64,000 nt of DNA from Microthyrium microscopicum (lineage: Eukaryota). The translations under genes and the position numbers were made by a program. Below, piece after piece: positions 10,684 through 23,124 of the stretch. A model generated the notes under the pieces. The model saw only the letters and a program-made list of their open reading frames with translations. It was not told the DNA's origin and did not search any database. The stretch is from positions 1,564,538-1,628,537 of the forward strand of contig MU004235.1 of NCBI GenBank assembly GCA_010405405.1, read 5' to 3'. The first letter of the stretch is position 1. Each line of letters starts with the position of its first letter.

Positions 10684-11454
10684 ATGCGTTTCACTTCAAT
10701 CATCGTTTCCTCCATCTTGGCCTACTGGTAAGACTTCATCATGCTTGCTTTGCACACGAAAAACTAACCATATATAGCGCCATGGCCTCGCCAGCTGAGC
10801 AGGCCACTGCTGCTGTTGCCGCACCAGCTGCACCAGCTGCCCCAGCCGCACCAGTTGTCGCTGAGTACCGTGATGGCGGACGTGACGGATACCGCCGAGA
10901 TGCTGGTCGCGATGGATACAGACGCGATGTAAGATCTCACCCGCATGCCACATAGACTTCTGTTCGAAACCTCATACTAACCAATTCAGGGCGGCCGTGA
11001 CGGACACCGTGATGGCGGTCGTGATGGACACCGCGATGGCGGCCGAGATGGACACCGTGATGGCGGCCGAGATGGACACCGTGATGGTGGACGGGACGGT
11101 CACCGTGATGGCGGTCGGTAAGTCAACATGAGAATCAACCATCTGATGATTATATACTGACGAATTTTCAGCCGAAACTACAAGCGCGCCGAAGCTGCCG
11201 TAGCTGCTGAGGAGTACCGTGACGGTGGACGTGATGGCGGGTAAGTTTACCTCTTATCAACTGTCTTCCCAACCTAATTAACAACTTCTAGATACCGCCG
11301 CGATGGTGGCCGTGATGGACACCGTGATGGCGGCCGCGATGGTCACCGTGATGGCGGTCGTGATGGACACCGTGATGGTGGACGGGACGGACACCGTGAT
11401 GGCGGACGGGACGGTCACCGTGATGGCGGACGTGATGGACACCGATACTACTAG
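10684..11454 (+). CDS. Secreted repetitive peptide precursor (KEP/RiPP precursor candidate), 184 aa; exons 10684-10727, 10778-10928, 10990-11117, 11172-11240, 11292-11454
   Basis: Four introns, each with a GTAAG donor, a CTAAC/CTGAC/CTAAT-type branch point and a YAG acceptor, splice to a 555-nt open frame: MRFTSIIVSSILAYCAMA-SPAEQATAAVAAPAAPAAPAAPVVAE-YRDGGRDGYRRDAGRDGYR(RDGGRDGH)5RDGGRRNY-KR-AEAAVAAEE-YRDGGRDGGYR(RDGGRDGH)6RYY*. Repeat units vary at synonymous positions in this frame. Confidence 0.92.
10990..11448 (+). repeat. 24-nt-period coding tandem repeat (RDGGRDGH)
   Basis: CGN GAT GGY GGN CGN GAY GGW CAC: 5 copies around exon 3 and 6 in exon 5. Confidence 0.95.
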
Positions 11455-12427
11455 ATTTCTAGCCAGGCGTCTGGTTAGTTTGAGGAGTGCACTTGGGATC
11501 CTCACCTAAAAGAATTATTCACTTCGATACTATTGTAGTATAGCGCTTATTTACCAATATGAAGGATTGTCAATCCACATTACTTATTAAAGCACCGTTC
11601 ACAACAGAAAAGAAACAAGATTGTAGTGAGGAAGTGGTGTGGACTTCACAGAACTTCAAGGGAGGTATGTATGACACATATCAGTCCCTAGATGGAACTT
11701 TGCCTATAAATCTCCATCTCTTTCATTGACTTACCCATGGCATTCAACTGTTGTAAAGCGGATGATTATCAAAGCAAGAACAGTGGAACACGCTGCTCCC
11801 AGGATATGCTTTTAACTTTCCGGAGGTTGTTCCAGTAATTGTAGCACTCTATGGACGAGGAAGGTCAACATAACGATCTCCTACCATGCATACAGGCAAA
11901 AAGGACGGGGACTTTACCCTATGTGAGCATGCCGATGACTTCTTTTTGGAATGCTGACTCCGTTTACATTGCCAATATTCTTCCTTCTGCACAACCGTCA
12001 ATGGCCATGTTGGGAGAGTCGTTGAGCAAGCCAGACCAATTTAGGCGATAAATTCAATGTCCTTGGCGCCTGTGACGTGCCTCTTGTGTTGATGCCTGGA
12101 GAAGAACACTACGAGATCATAGGGATAAGCTTCAGCAATGTATATATGAAATGGAGAGGTGGTTGCGAGTGTTTAGGCTGGTACATACAAATTGGAAGAC
12201 ACCTCTCTTTGCTGAGACATATGCAGAGAACTTGGACGAGATTGATGGGATATCTTGAAATGTGTCATCTCAGAACTTGGAGTATATATGGTAGCTTCTC
12301 TCTATTTCAGTCTAACATTTTTGCTGGAAAACACAAGCAATCTTATGGACAGGATGACTTTGAGAGAAATATGATCATGATACGTTATCAAGTATAGACT
12401 ATGCGGTGAAGTTACGAAGTCATTATA

Positions 12428-14874
12428 CTATATGACTGTGATTACATTGCCAAGATACATCTCGGAGTACTTCTCACCACGTTCCTTTCGGCTTGCATTT
12501 TGTGGGCTAAGAACCCATTTGCCATCCTCGTGATTGTCCAAGAGCTCTGTAGTAGGTTTCTTCGTGATGTATGTGCAGGCTGGGTGTCGCTCCACATCCG
12601 ATGCTTGTTCTGCGGTCAACTTAACAAGCCTCCATTCTACCCCGGAGCTGCGAGAATACCCAGTGCCACTGTCAAATACTTCGAGATTCTCACCAATCTT
12701 GGCGGAAAGTGCTGGATACTCCTCGTGGTCCACTAACAACCAGATCGCAAAGATTCCATGAGAGGGATCTTGCTCATCTTTGTCAAAAGATCGGTAATCT
12801 GAAAGTAATGACACAAATTCATACCCCATTGTTGAAATTATTAACATCCCGATCCTCTTGTATTCTTGCAGATTCATATCAGCGCATTGAAGAACAAGCG
12901 CATAACAGTATTGATGAAAGTCAGCGTTTGGCTCATTGCTGAAGAAGAGCATGAGAATGAAAACCTCTGTGTTGTCCTGCAATTGGTCATCGCCGTGAGC
13001 CGACCAATTGTAATCGCATTTGAGGTCAAGTTTGGGAAAGCTCCATTTTGCTGATCCCTCTTTCCCCACGCTGATGGATGGAATAAATTCGAGGTTTCCA
13101 TCGTCAGAGTAGTCAACATCTGCTCTTATTAGATTACCTCTGATTCGAAGCTTCCCATAGTTCAATTTTCCCTTGGGGTTCGCCTTATCCTGGGGTTCGA
13201 TTTCCACATCAAGGATCTCGCACATGTACTCATTTGTTTTCGTTGAAATTGTGGGATAGTATATCCAGCAGTTTGCAGATGCCCAGGACCAAGTAGGTGC
13301 AAAAGTCAGAGGTCTGATTTTCCCAGGTTGGCGCCCAACAACGTACCAAATCAAATCACCAAGCAACGCATTCTCCCAAAGACCCGCCAAATATCGCCCT
13401 GGAATATCTCTGTGGAACTCTTGAGCAAGACCTGCTATCGCTGGAAGGCGATCGGTGGAGTAGGACAACAAAGTCCTGGAGTATTCTTGAACGACCTCGC
13501 GCCAATGCTGGTGAATATCAGAGTATGTAGCCAGGCCCGTTTCTCTATCCCTAGAAGGTTCCGGTGCGAGACTCCCGCGGGTTTTCCGAGTGACGATATA
13601 CGATATTCTTGCATCATGATAAGGCTGATATCCGCCACACTGACAAGTCTGCTTCTCCATACACTCCCAGATCAATTCGAGTTTGTTGAAATGTACCACT
13701 CGAGGCGACAAAACTCGCTCTTGTAGTACCCATGCTCGCTGGAGAAGGGGATAATCATTGTCGTAGTTTGCGTAGGAGTTTGCGTGGGAGTCCCCAAGAG
13801 AAAAATGTTTCATGAGAGATCTAACATGTACTTCGAAGGTTTCTCCCACATCTCCACGTAAGATGAATGAGTTTCCACCGTTGCGATCATAAAGTAAACC
13901 AGTCTCACTATTCGGAGATGCTGTGGCAGCCAAAGTTAGATGGGAATGCTGATATATCAATGACATATTTGATGCCTCTCTATTCCAATCGTGATCGTCA
14001 TCCTGGATGATGCAAAGAGAATCAATCCAGATGTATTGAATCCCTAGATTCCGCGTGAATACGATAGCATCTTGAAAAGTCTGAGGCAAAGAAGTCCAAG
14101 GTATTTGTTCTTTGAAACTCTCGCGGTTTCCGTTCATCATTCTTATGGGTTGCGAATCGCCCCAGCAGTGACTGAGACAGGTGTACTGGGCAGCCGGTTT
14201 GTTAGTTGCTTCAACAAGTCGGACTGCTGAGTTTGAGCTTCCAACATGTATGACGCGACTTGGAAAGAATGTAGTCGCGGTTGTACATGCCGTGTTGTTT
14301 AATGGTTGCAAACGTGTTGACTCCTGATGTCGCTGATCGCATTCTACATGCTCAGAGATACACGATTTCAGTTGTTGAAGTGTCCATGGTAAGGCTTCCG
14401 TTAGCGCTATGCAAGTCAGCGAATGCAAGTGCCAAAGTGAGCCAGTGTATGAAAATGCCTTCTGCAGATACAACATACATGTGGTCGCTGGACTATCAAA
14501 AAGGCAGAAACTTCGGAGCTCAATGATTCAAAGTTCATAAGGATTTAAAGTGCAAGTCAGTAGGTCTTACCTGACGCATCTAAAAACTCTACACTCATGG
14601 AACCCCGCCACACATATACCACGACCCTCCGATCAACAAATCTCCCTAGATTGAAGTTACTTGGCTGTCCTTCTGTGAACAAGTCAACTCCGCGCTTAAT
14701 CAGCGCGCATGGCTGACAGCCATCTTGTATAGCTTCAATGACTTCTCCTGGCGTGACTATTCGGTGCAAGTTCTTGTCCAGGAGCAGAATCCGAGGCCAC
14801 GCCTGCTCGCGATCACAGCCGCACAGCCAGCATGCATTCTCAAGCTTCGGAAACGACTCCCAGGAGTCATTCAT
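12428..14874 (-). CDS. HET (heterokaryon incompatibility, PF06985-type) domain protein
   Basis: Motifs YTCLSHCWG, LPQTFQDAI..TRNLGIQYIWIDSLCIIQDD..DW..EA..M..IY and PLLQRAWVLQERVLSPR. The first exon (14874-14571) has CxxC motifs and a GTAAG donor; the acceptor is uncertain. Confidence 0.9.
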
Positions 14875-16977
14875 TGGGAGAAATGTTTGTTTCGTTCTGG
14901 GGCACCCGGTTCTCGTTTTCGAGTGATATGTAGGGAAGAGTTAGACAAAAAGTGCCCACCTCCACTGAGACAGAATACAGAAAGCTTTTCGTGAAAGACC
15001 TCCGCCCGGTAAGATACCATCGACGAGAGGGCTGAGGCTTTCTCGCGGCATTTTGGCACAATGCTCGACGACCGGTCAACCTCCGTGGATCGTCAGCCTG
15101 GCCAATAGAGTGTGCATGATGCAAGTTACTCCGCGGCCTCCGCCACTGGTGTGTTTTTGCTCATGAAAAGATACACTGCAAGACTGGTAACATGCTGCGA
15201 GTCCGATTAAAGAAAGAAGAAAAAATTGGATTTAGCCAACCAGGGGCTCAAATGACGTTGTTGAGGTGCCGAAGCGAGTGTGAGAGTAAGAGGTAACATG
15301 GAAGACGTGTTGCGGCGTTCGTGTCGAGGCACTCAAAGTCAGGTTGAAGTCAACAGCCAATATGCCTCAGCTCTTAGTCCTGTATTATATCTCATGATAT
15401 TGAGATGAAGGTCGGCCGAGCGGGTAGGGTAGGCGAATTTCTTTTTGCAACGACATTGAGAGACGAGTAACTTCAGCCCATCGTCATACCAACGCGCCTA
15501 AACTACACGCCTTCTTGCATCTTCCGACCATAGAGCAGCATATTCCGACAAATATGAGAGAGAACAATCATTTAACCGCGAGAATAGAGAAAGCGAGAAG
15601 TCAAGAGGAGAATGGGTATGGCATGTCGTTAATTTTAACTTCCTCCTCCGATCGCACTTTCCTCAAAACAGCCTCCAAAAACGTGGCATTCTGATCTATC
15701 CCAATGAAGAAAGAACGAAAAACAAGTAGCAGAAATCATACAATTAGTACAGATCAAGATTGTCTATCTTCATCCAACACCAGCTACCCCAAATTTTCGC
15801 CGTGACCAAACATCAACACCATAAATATCTATATCCACACCGCGATGACGCCCGCACCACCTCTCTTACCATCTTACCAAATATACCCGTCCGTTTCAAC
15901 CATCCATTACCAGTCCACGACACCCTTACGAGGGCCTTCTTACCCTTGACCAATATCTAGCACAAGCACGCCTCAAAGCGAAGAAGAAGCCGAATCAGTA
16001 AATCAACAAAGTTAATAAACTAAAAAAAGAGCAAAAAAAAGGTCTTCACGCCATCCCGTAACAAAACACAAGCACTAGCAAAAAAACAGCACCGCCCAAA
16101 GTACAAGTTTGTAAGAAAACAGAAAAGGATACAACAAAAGCCTAACAAGCAAACCCATTCATTCTACACACAACGAATATAAAAAAGTTCTTTAGCTTCC
16201 GATACCCCCCCGTCGCTGCTACCACCGAGACTGTGTACTAAACATCCTGGCTGTAGAAAAAGAGCTGGCTTCCGGTATTCTGAGTAGCAACACTGGAAAA
16301 AGGTAACAAGGCTGCTGTCGGCTGGAAGAGATGATCCAAGGTGATGATGATTTGACTGTGCTGCCTTGGGAGATGTTGCTTTTCCGAACCGTTGCGTATT
16401 GAGGAAAGAGGATCGAGGTTGAAATTGGCATTGGTGATCGGAGTTGTCGCAAAACCCCAAAGAAGACAACCAATGAAAAGCAAGATCCTCAATTCCAAAG
16501 CCTGATATTGACGCCGACCCCAAGTCCAACAATTTCTCCCCTCTCGCCGTTTTAAACCCCTATCAAAATAAGTTCCCCATCCCTATCGTCATACCGTTGC
16601 ACATGATGTTGGTGGGTAAAAAAGGTCATGGTGAGAAAGACAAGAAGACCCCGGCAAACAAGCCGAGCAAAGCCACTCGATGTCGCCAGAGTTCGAATAA
16701 GGGTGAATCATTATAAGCAAGTCGAAGAGCCTTTTGATGGAAACAGAAAAAGTATATTCGAGTAACCGGGCGCTCATATCAAAAAAGGTTCTTCATCGAC
16801 GATCCGAAAACAAACGGTGTCGAAAAGGTCCTAGAGCGCCATTACAGGGGTGGGGAATAAGGTGAGTGGATGGTGGTGGTTGTGGTGAAAATCAGACAGC
16901 ATGACATTACACATCTAAGAGGCCCGAGACAGGTTGCTCCGTGATTGGAATAGGAAATCGTGGGACACATGCGGATC

Positions 16978-17775
16978 CTATTGAGCATGTGGCTGAGGTG
17001 CCATGTGAGGAGGCATTGGGTACTGCGTAGCACCGGCTTGGCCGGCACGTAGGTACTGGTTGTATTGGAGAGCCTGCTCGGCGGACATGTTCTGACCCAT
17101 GTTGGGATATTGTTGCATTGGCGCGGCACCCATACCACCGCGTGGAGCTTGGGCGTGTGGGTTCTCTTCGGGGGAGTCAACTTGGGACTCTCCTTCTAGA
17201 CCGTTCTCGTTGGCATTTGCGGGTTCCGGAGCATTCAAGCAAGCCTATGTTTGTTAGCATCGGTGTGGTTGAGCAATGGACGTAGAACATACCTGGATCA
17301 AGTTCTTGCCTTCAGGCTTGGTGACGAGTGGTTGAAGCTTTGGAGTTGTGAAGGTATACACGAGGCCAGTCTCGGAAACGACAAGCAATAAGACTTGAGT
17401 GCCAGTAAGGACGGATAGTTCGTAGGCCTAAAATAATTGATTAGTATTGATGAATTGATCATGTGAGAGGTGTTTTGATGGAACGCGACAAGAGGTTGTG
17501 GATGCAGTGAGGTGTAAGAAGCAACATACTTTCTTCATGATACCGGCTTTGCGTTTTGAGAAGGTTATGTGACGACGCGATTTGTCTGTAATGAACTTGA
17601 TCTCGATTTTGCGACGCTCGCGACCAGTAGCTCCATCTTCATCATCGTCGTCATCTGCAGCAGCTTGACGGGCTCGCTTGACACCACGAGAGTCAGCAAG
17701 GCCGGCGCCATTACCAACACCATCATCGTGAGATGGGGACAACTTGTTGTCTTGATCGGTGATTTCAGAGGCCAT
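16978..17775 (-). CDS. MCM1: MADS-box transcription factor Mcm1 (three exons)
   Basis: RERRKIEIKFITDKSRRHITFSKRKAGIMKK, intron, AYELSVLTGTQVLLLVVSETGLVYTFTTPKLQPLVTKPEGKNLIQ, intron, ACLNAPEP, then a Gln/Pro-rich C-terminus. Confidence 0.95.
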
Positions 17776-20700
17776 GGCTGGCAAAGTTTGGGATGTTGGA
17801 CGGATTAGGTATTGTGTTTGTTCCTAACGGTTTCTGGACTGTGAGGGCGGGGAAATGGAAAGCTGCGGTCGAGTAATTGACGGAATGCAGGTCGGGTTAG
17901 GATGGCAGTAGGATTGGTGGGAGATGGAGGAAAAGGCTAGAGTCGAAGCTATTAAAGCGGGTTAGAGCAAAAAGAATTGGCAGAGTGACAGTGCAATTGC
18001 TTTGGCAGGGACGATGGAGAGGTGCTTGGAGCCTTGGATAGAACGGGTGCAAGATTGGCAAGAACCAGTTGACTTGAAGAGGAAAGGGCACTGGGGGAGA
18101 GAGATTGGGCAAGAGCGTCTTCCTCAAGCGGAATGGTCGGATTAAGTGGCAGGCAAGAACAGGCAAGAACACTGGGGGAGCAGTTGCAGCTGGGCCGAAC
18201 CCTGCCCTGAGCGCCTTCCTTCCAAGCCAATCCTGGTCTTCCCTGCTCTTTCCATTCACGCCAGTCTGTGCTCATTGGCTGGTTCGCACCTTCTGCACCT
18301 CAGTTGCTGCCAACAGTTGAACCTTGACCTCAGAACATTCACTTGATAGCTGTGAACTTCCAGCGCTCAAGATCAATTACTGAGCATTCTTTTGTTTCGC
18401 GCAAGTTGAAGTGTTGAGCAGCTTATCAAAACCTCGAGTAAGATCAAGATGGAAAAGCTGACTAAACAACCCCAATCCGCGCTAGATACGCGTCCGGCAC
18501 CACCCACAGACTGCTGATGATGCAACCCCTCTAGGCTGAGCTTGTCTTAATATGCACAAGACAGATCGCTGCAGCCATCCACATCCCACCAGAAGCTAGG
18601 TGAGGGCCGTGAGGCAGATAGATGCGCCTAGGTATTTTCAATCATCCATCGCCAAATGCGCCTCACCAGACTCGAGCAATCTGCCAGAGATCCAAAGAAG
18701 AGTGCACTGCCGCTATCCTTGTACACTCTTTTACTTTGCACTGGTGTGACCAAGTCTAGCCAGCAGATCTGTTTGGCAAGATGGGAGTGGTGGGGGTAAT
18801 TGGAAATGCGCGCGGGCTGCCGCGGCGGTGCGGAACGTGTGAACTGAACAGGCCCTATGGCTGGTTCCAGGATATGGGTATATCTTGCCATATCTCCATT
18901 GGGAGTTTGCGCTTTGATTGTATACTTTTTGCAAGTAGTTCTCTTTTCTTGCTCTTGCAAAATAGACAACTTGAACAGAATACAAAGCTTCCCAACTGTG
19001 AGAGGCTATGTTTGTACGAGGGAGAGAAAAAGGGCAGAAGATGACAATAGTATGAATGAAGTGAATCAGGCAAAACATACCTCGGTTTGAGAAACCAGTG
19101 TGACCCTGAAAAAGGAAATGTTGAAACGTTGCACAACCTTTGCCGTGCCCAGTTGCAGATGGAACCACACTTGTCGCCGACCCAATTCGAACGTGATTGT
19201 TCTTTTTTGGGAATTGGTGTCTCGGACAGCTGCTTGCTCAAAATGGTTGGTAACAAGGCGGAAATTCTTTCTGGATTTCCTAGAAGCAACGTGGAACATG
19301 TCAGCGTAACTCCAAATATTTCAAGCCAAAAGAGGGATAAATGACAGCATTGTATGAAAATTAAAACAGCACAAAGGTGGAACATGTGGTCTGCCAATTC
19401 ATAGTTGACGTTAGACTTTGCGGTTCGACCCAGAAAGGAATGTAGTTATGAGTGTGGGGTTAATCAGCTGGAGGGCTGACAACAATTCCTCTTCCCTCCA
19501 AAGCATATTGAACGCGCTGGGATAGTCCGTGGGTTGTTTGCTAGCAAGGACCTCGACTTCGACTTGATGATGTCTTGTCCAGCATCGCTCGCATCGCTGC
19601 ACCACCCACAAGCTGTCGTAGGCTTTTTCCAACCACAGACCGCAAAAGATCCTAAAAAAAGAACTCGGATCGGCTATGATCAAGCAAAGGACTTTCGCAG
19701 TCAGATCGGCGTGGATTAGATTGCCAAGTCAGTTTAATTGGTGGAACCTGACCACGAGGGAGTAGCTGGACAAGGCAAAAGCCCTCGACGTGTATATTGG
19801 ATAGACAGGCCATTGCTGGTTCTTGTCGCGCAACGCCGGGTGATGTGGATGGAATTGACAGGGACGTGACAAAGAGCTTCTGTGTCCCGAAACACTGGTC
19901 TTGAATCCAAATTTGGCAGTGCTGTGACAGTCGGGAACGCCGGGAGATTTGATAGAAGAACCGTCATGTCCATGAGTTGAAAACGCGAGAACTCGTTCCA
20001 TGTTGATGAGAGATGGATCCCGATGGGAAAATGGTCGAGTACCGAGAATAAGAAAAGCCAATGCCGCTGAACAGATCCGGGGAAGAAAGGGAAAGACCAA
20101 AGCACCAAACAACGAAGAACGAAATGTCGGCTTACCTTTGAAGTATAGCAAACTATTGCTATATTAGAGCAGGTGGAGTTGGAGTATGTAGAAGTAGTTG
20201 ATCTCAAAGACCCAAGACGGATAAGCGTTCCGTGTAACAGAAGACGAATTGAAATTGGTTGGACGGGACCGCGAAGTAGATGTACGAAAAAGGTTGAAGC
20301 GGGAATAGCGGCAGAATAAAAAGCTTTAAAAGGAACTTGGCTAGCCACATGCTGCAAGGCCAGTAACTCTCAAGTTCAGAGCGGATCAGATCTTAGTCAA
20401 GCTATAACTCATTGCCACCCGATTCGCCGACTCTCAGTCTCACGGACTCTCACCCGCTTTGATCTAAACCTTAGATAGGTTAGCTCCGCGACCATTTATC
20501 AATGAGGAAGTTGCGACAGCAGTTTGCATCCATAGCCCTTCCTTGCGCAGCAGTTGGTATCAAGACTTCAAACTTTTGTAGATATTGATCAGTGTTGCGG
20601 CCCTTCTTACCCTACTTCAAATCAATTCAATCTGCTTGAGCCTTTGAACTTTCGCTGAGCTACTCCGTAGGAAGTACTTATGCAGTAGTCGCAGCTTCAT

Positions 20701-22128
20701 GCTGCTTAACGAGCTGGTTCCAGTCACGAGCTCTTGCAACTGTCCATACTACCTGCAAAATCTAAAGCTCATTCGATAGCAATCACCGGATTTGATGTAT
20801 CTTGAGCATAAAAGAATAGGTATCGCAAACATGAAGATGTCAGTATGTATTAGGACCCAATAATTACTTTTTTGGACTCAACAGTACTGCAGCGATCATC
20901 ATTAGCACACAACTTACAACCACAGAAACCACGTCCTCTTGACCATCGTGGTTCTATCCAATCTTCTCAAGTCATTTGCACTCCTGTTCTCTGAAGCGAC
21001 ATAATACTTTACAATGATGCATTAATCTCATCTCTTCTATCACCGCTATTACTACAACATGTCAACAAAGCCTTTCTTGTTCCGTCAGGACTCAGACTGT
21101 AGCTTTATTATGATCTTATCTCAACCTCATCTCGCTTTTCAACTTTGCAGTGTCTTTAACATTTGATCAGGACGAATTGAAACAGGTTCTTACCAGGGTT
21201 CAAGATGGATAATTCGAACGATTCCGGCATATCCAATCAATCACTGTTTTACAAGATCCACCTCCCAAGATAGGCTTAGCTCCTTGGTTTCAAGCATGCA
21301 ACAAATTCGTGGCCTGGTCAATCATTGGTTGATGGCATGGAACACGCAATGATTTTGGCCGCGCCCCTGCCAAGCATCCAGTCTTTCGTCGAGCTTTCGA
21401 TGGAGAGGCCATCCGTCGGCTCTTGCGTACATCTTTCAACTGCAGAGCCTCATCCTTCAACGCAGTCCTCGCGCTTACAAGACGCTCAACTGCTTCCAGT
21501 GATGTTAGTTCAATGTATGATAGCAGTAGTTTGAGGCCATGTAGTTCAATTCCATCCAAACATACATGTTTAACCGCCAATAATTTTTCCAATTGCCTTG
21601 AGACATCGATCCCATTCAACCAAATTGAAGTTCCACAGACTGGGCACCTAAAGCAACATTTGACGTCGGGGAACAGCGCCACCAATGAGGGGCCCACTCT
21701 CTCCTGATTCTGCAATGTCCTGAAACTCCAACAGTTCGGACAACCTCTCACCCTTCTTTATGCTGCCACTGCTGCCCTTTTGTTTCTTGCCTTTGCTTCC
21801 CTTCTCCTTCGCCCACTGGAATTGACTTCCTCCCATCTTGGCTGTTTCTTGCCACTCTCCTTCGTTCTTGTTCCCTATGCATCTTGCATCTTGAACTTTC
21901 CTTGCCTCCTTTCACAGCGAGAGACGCCGGCGCTCCGTTGATGATTGAGATATTCGGACTGTATCACACCCATTATATTCTTCCAACCACAGTCTGTCTT
22001 TTTTTTATACAACCTTTGCATTCAAGAGTCGATCTCTTGATTTTACGCAAGCCGTCGATCGGCCTTGCTATCAACTCCATTTTCACCAGCATTCCTCGAA
22101 GGACATTTAAGATACCCCTAACGCAATC

Positions 22129-22847
22129 ATGAATAAACTGATGCTCTTCTACCTCGCGGTCAACTTCTTCTTTCTTGCCTGCGGCGGTCTCATTCTCGGC
22201 TTCTCCCTCGTCAGCGAACAACAAGAAAAGGCAACACCCACAGTAGCCAATGTAGCATATACACTACTACTGACGGAATGCCCACTCACCGGTACGTAAA
22301 GTTCCACTCAAGTCAATGTATCACCAGCTAACAATATATCCCAGCCGGCGTTGTCAACTCCATCTTCGTCTTCATAACCTTCCTCCTCTCCCTCCCCGCC
22401 CTCGCAATGCCCAACTCCCGCTCCTGGCTAAAAGTCCAAGCATGGGGCCTTATAGTCTGCTCCATCTTCACACTCGTCCTCGGTCTCGTAATCTGGTTTG
22501 ACACGCTCGAAACACGACGCAACCTCGCAGTAATCTGGGGCCAACAAAGCATGCAAGTGCAAGCTCTTCTCCAAGAACGCTTCCAATGCTGCGGATACCT
22601 CAACTCAGTAACACCGCCCTTTGTGCAAGACGCAATATGTCCAAATGCGCAGGTGGCGGCAACAAAGATGGGCTGTGTGGGCCCATTCAGCAGCTTCGCG
22701 AATATTTATCTGGATTTGATCTTTACGGCGGCATTTGGCATTGTGGGGGTTGATGTGTTGCTGTTGTTGTGTGTGGTTATGGTTATTAAGTATAGGGAGG
22801 AGCAAGAGCGGTATCGCCATATTGATGAGAAGGTCAATGGATTTTAA
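22129..22847 (+). CDS. PLS1: Fungal tetraspanin, Pls1-type (one intron ~22292-22345)
   Basis: Four TM segments. The large extracellular loop has CCGY, CPN and GCVGPFSSFAN, followed by a basic C-tail (ERYRHIDEK). Confidence 0.85.
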
Positions 22848-23124
22848 GGGATGATGTTGTTTTGGTGCGAGTTGATGATTTGTTGGCCGCATGTGTTGAG
22901 CGATTTAACCTTAGAATTGTACAAATTTCACGGGGCACATATGAGATGATGGATATGAGATGTGACCATTACAACTTTGTTTGTCATGTCGTTATGTAGG
23001 TGGTGGTAGTTGATTATTGGCAAACACACCCTGATGTCTCGCCATAACCAGATCAGGTAGAGCAATGTACACTGCACCTATCTCTTCAACGCAACTCTTC
23101 GTGTCTCTTCTAGCATCAAGCTCC

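Noticed and set aside
10990..11448. Regular 24-nt repeats as a CRISPR array or non-coding minisatellite
   Set aside because: No unique spacers, eukaryotic context, and variation confined largely to synonymous positions of a spliced reading frame.
10864..11448. Integrin-binding RGD mimicry
   Set aside because: The motif is R-D-G, not R-G-D. No RGD tripeptide occurs in the precursor.
11278..11509. Listed ORFs MVAVMDTV... (+) and MRIPSALL...ITVSV (-)
   Set aside because: Shadow frames of the repeat. Only the RDGGRDGH frame connects to the signal peptide through canonical introns and is invariant at protein level.
18100..21840. Numerous 60-200-aa ORFs in the MCM1-PLS1 interval
   Set aside because: Mostly non-ATG starts, overlapping on both strands, with no recognisable motifs or splice-supported structure.
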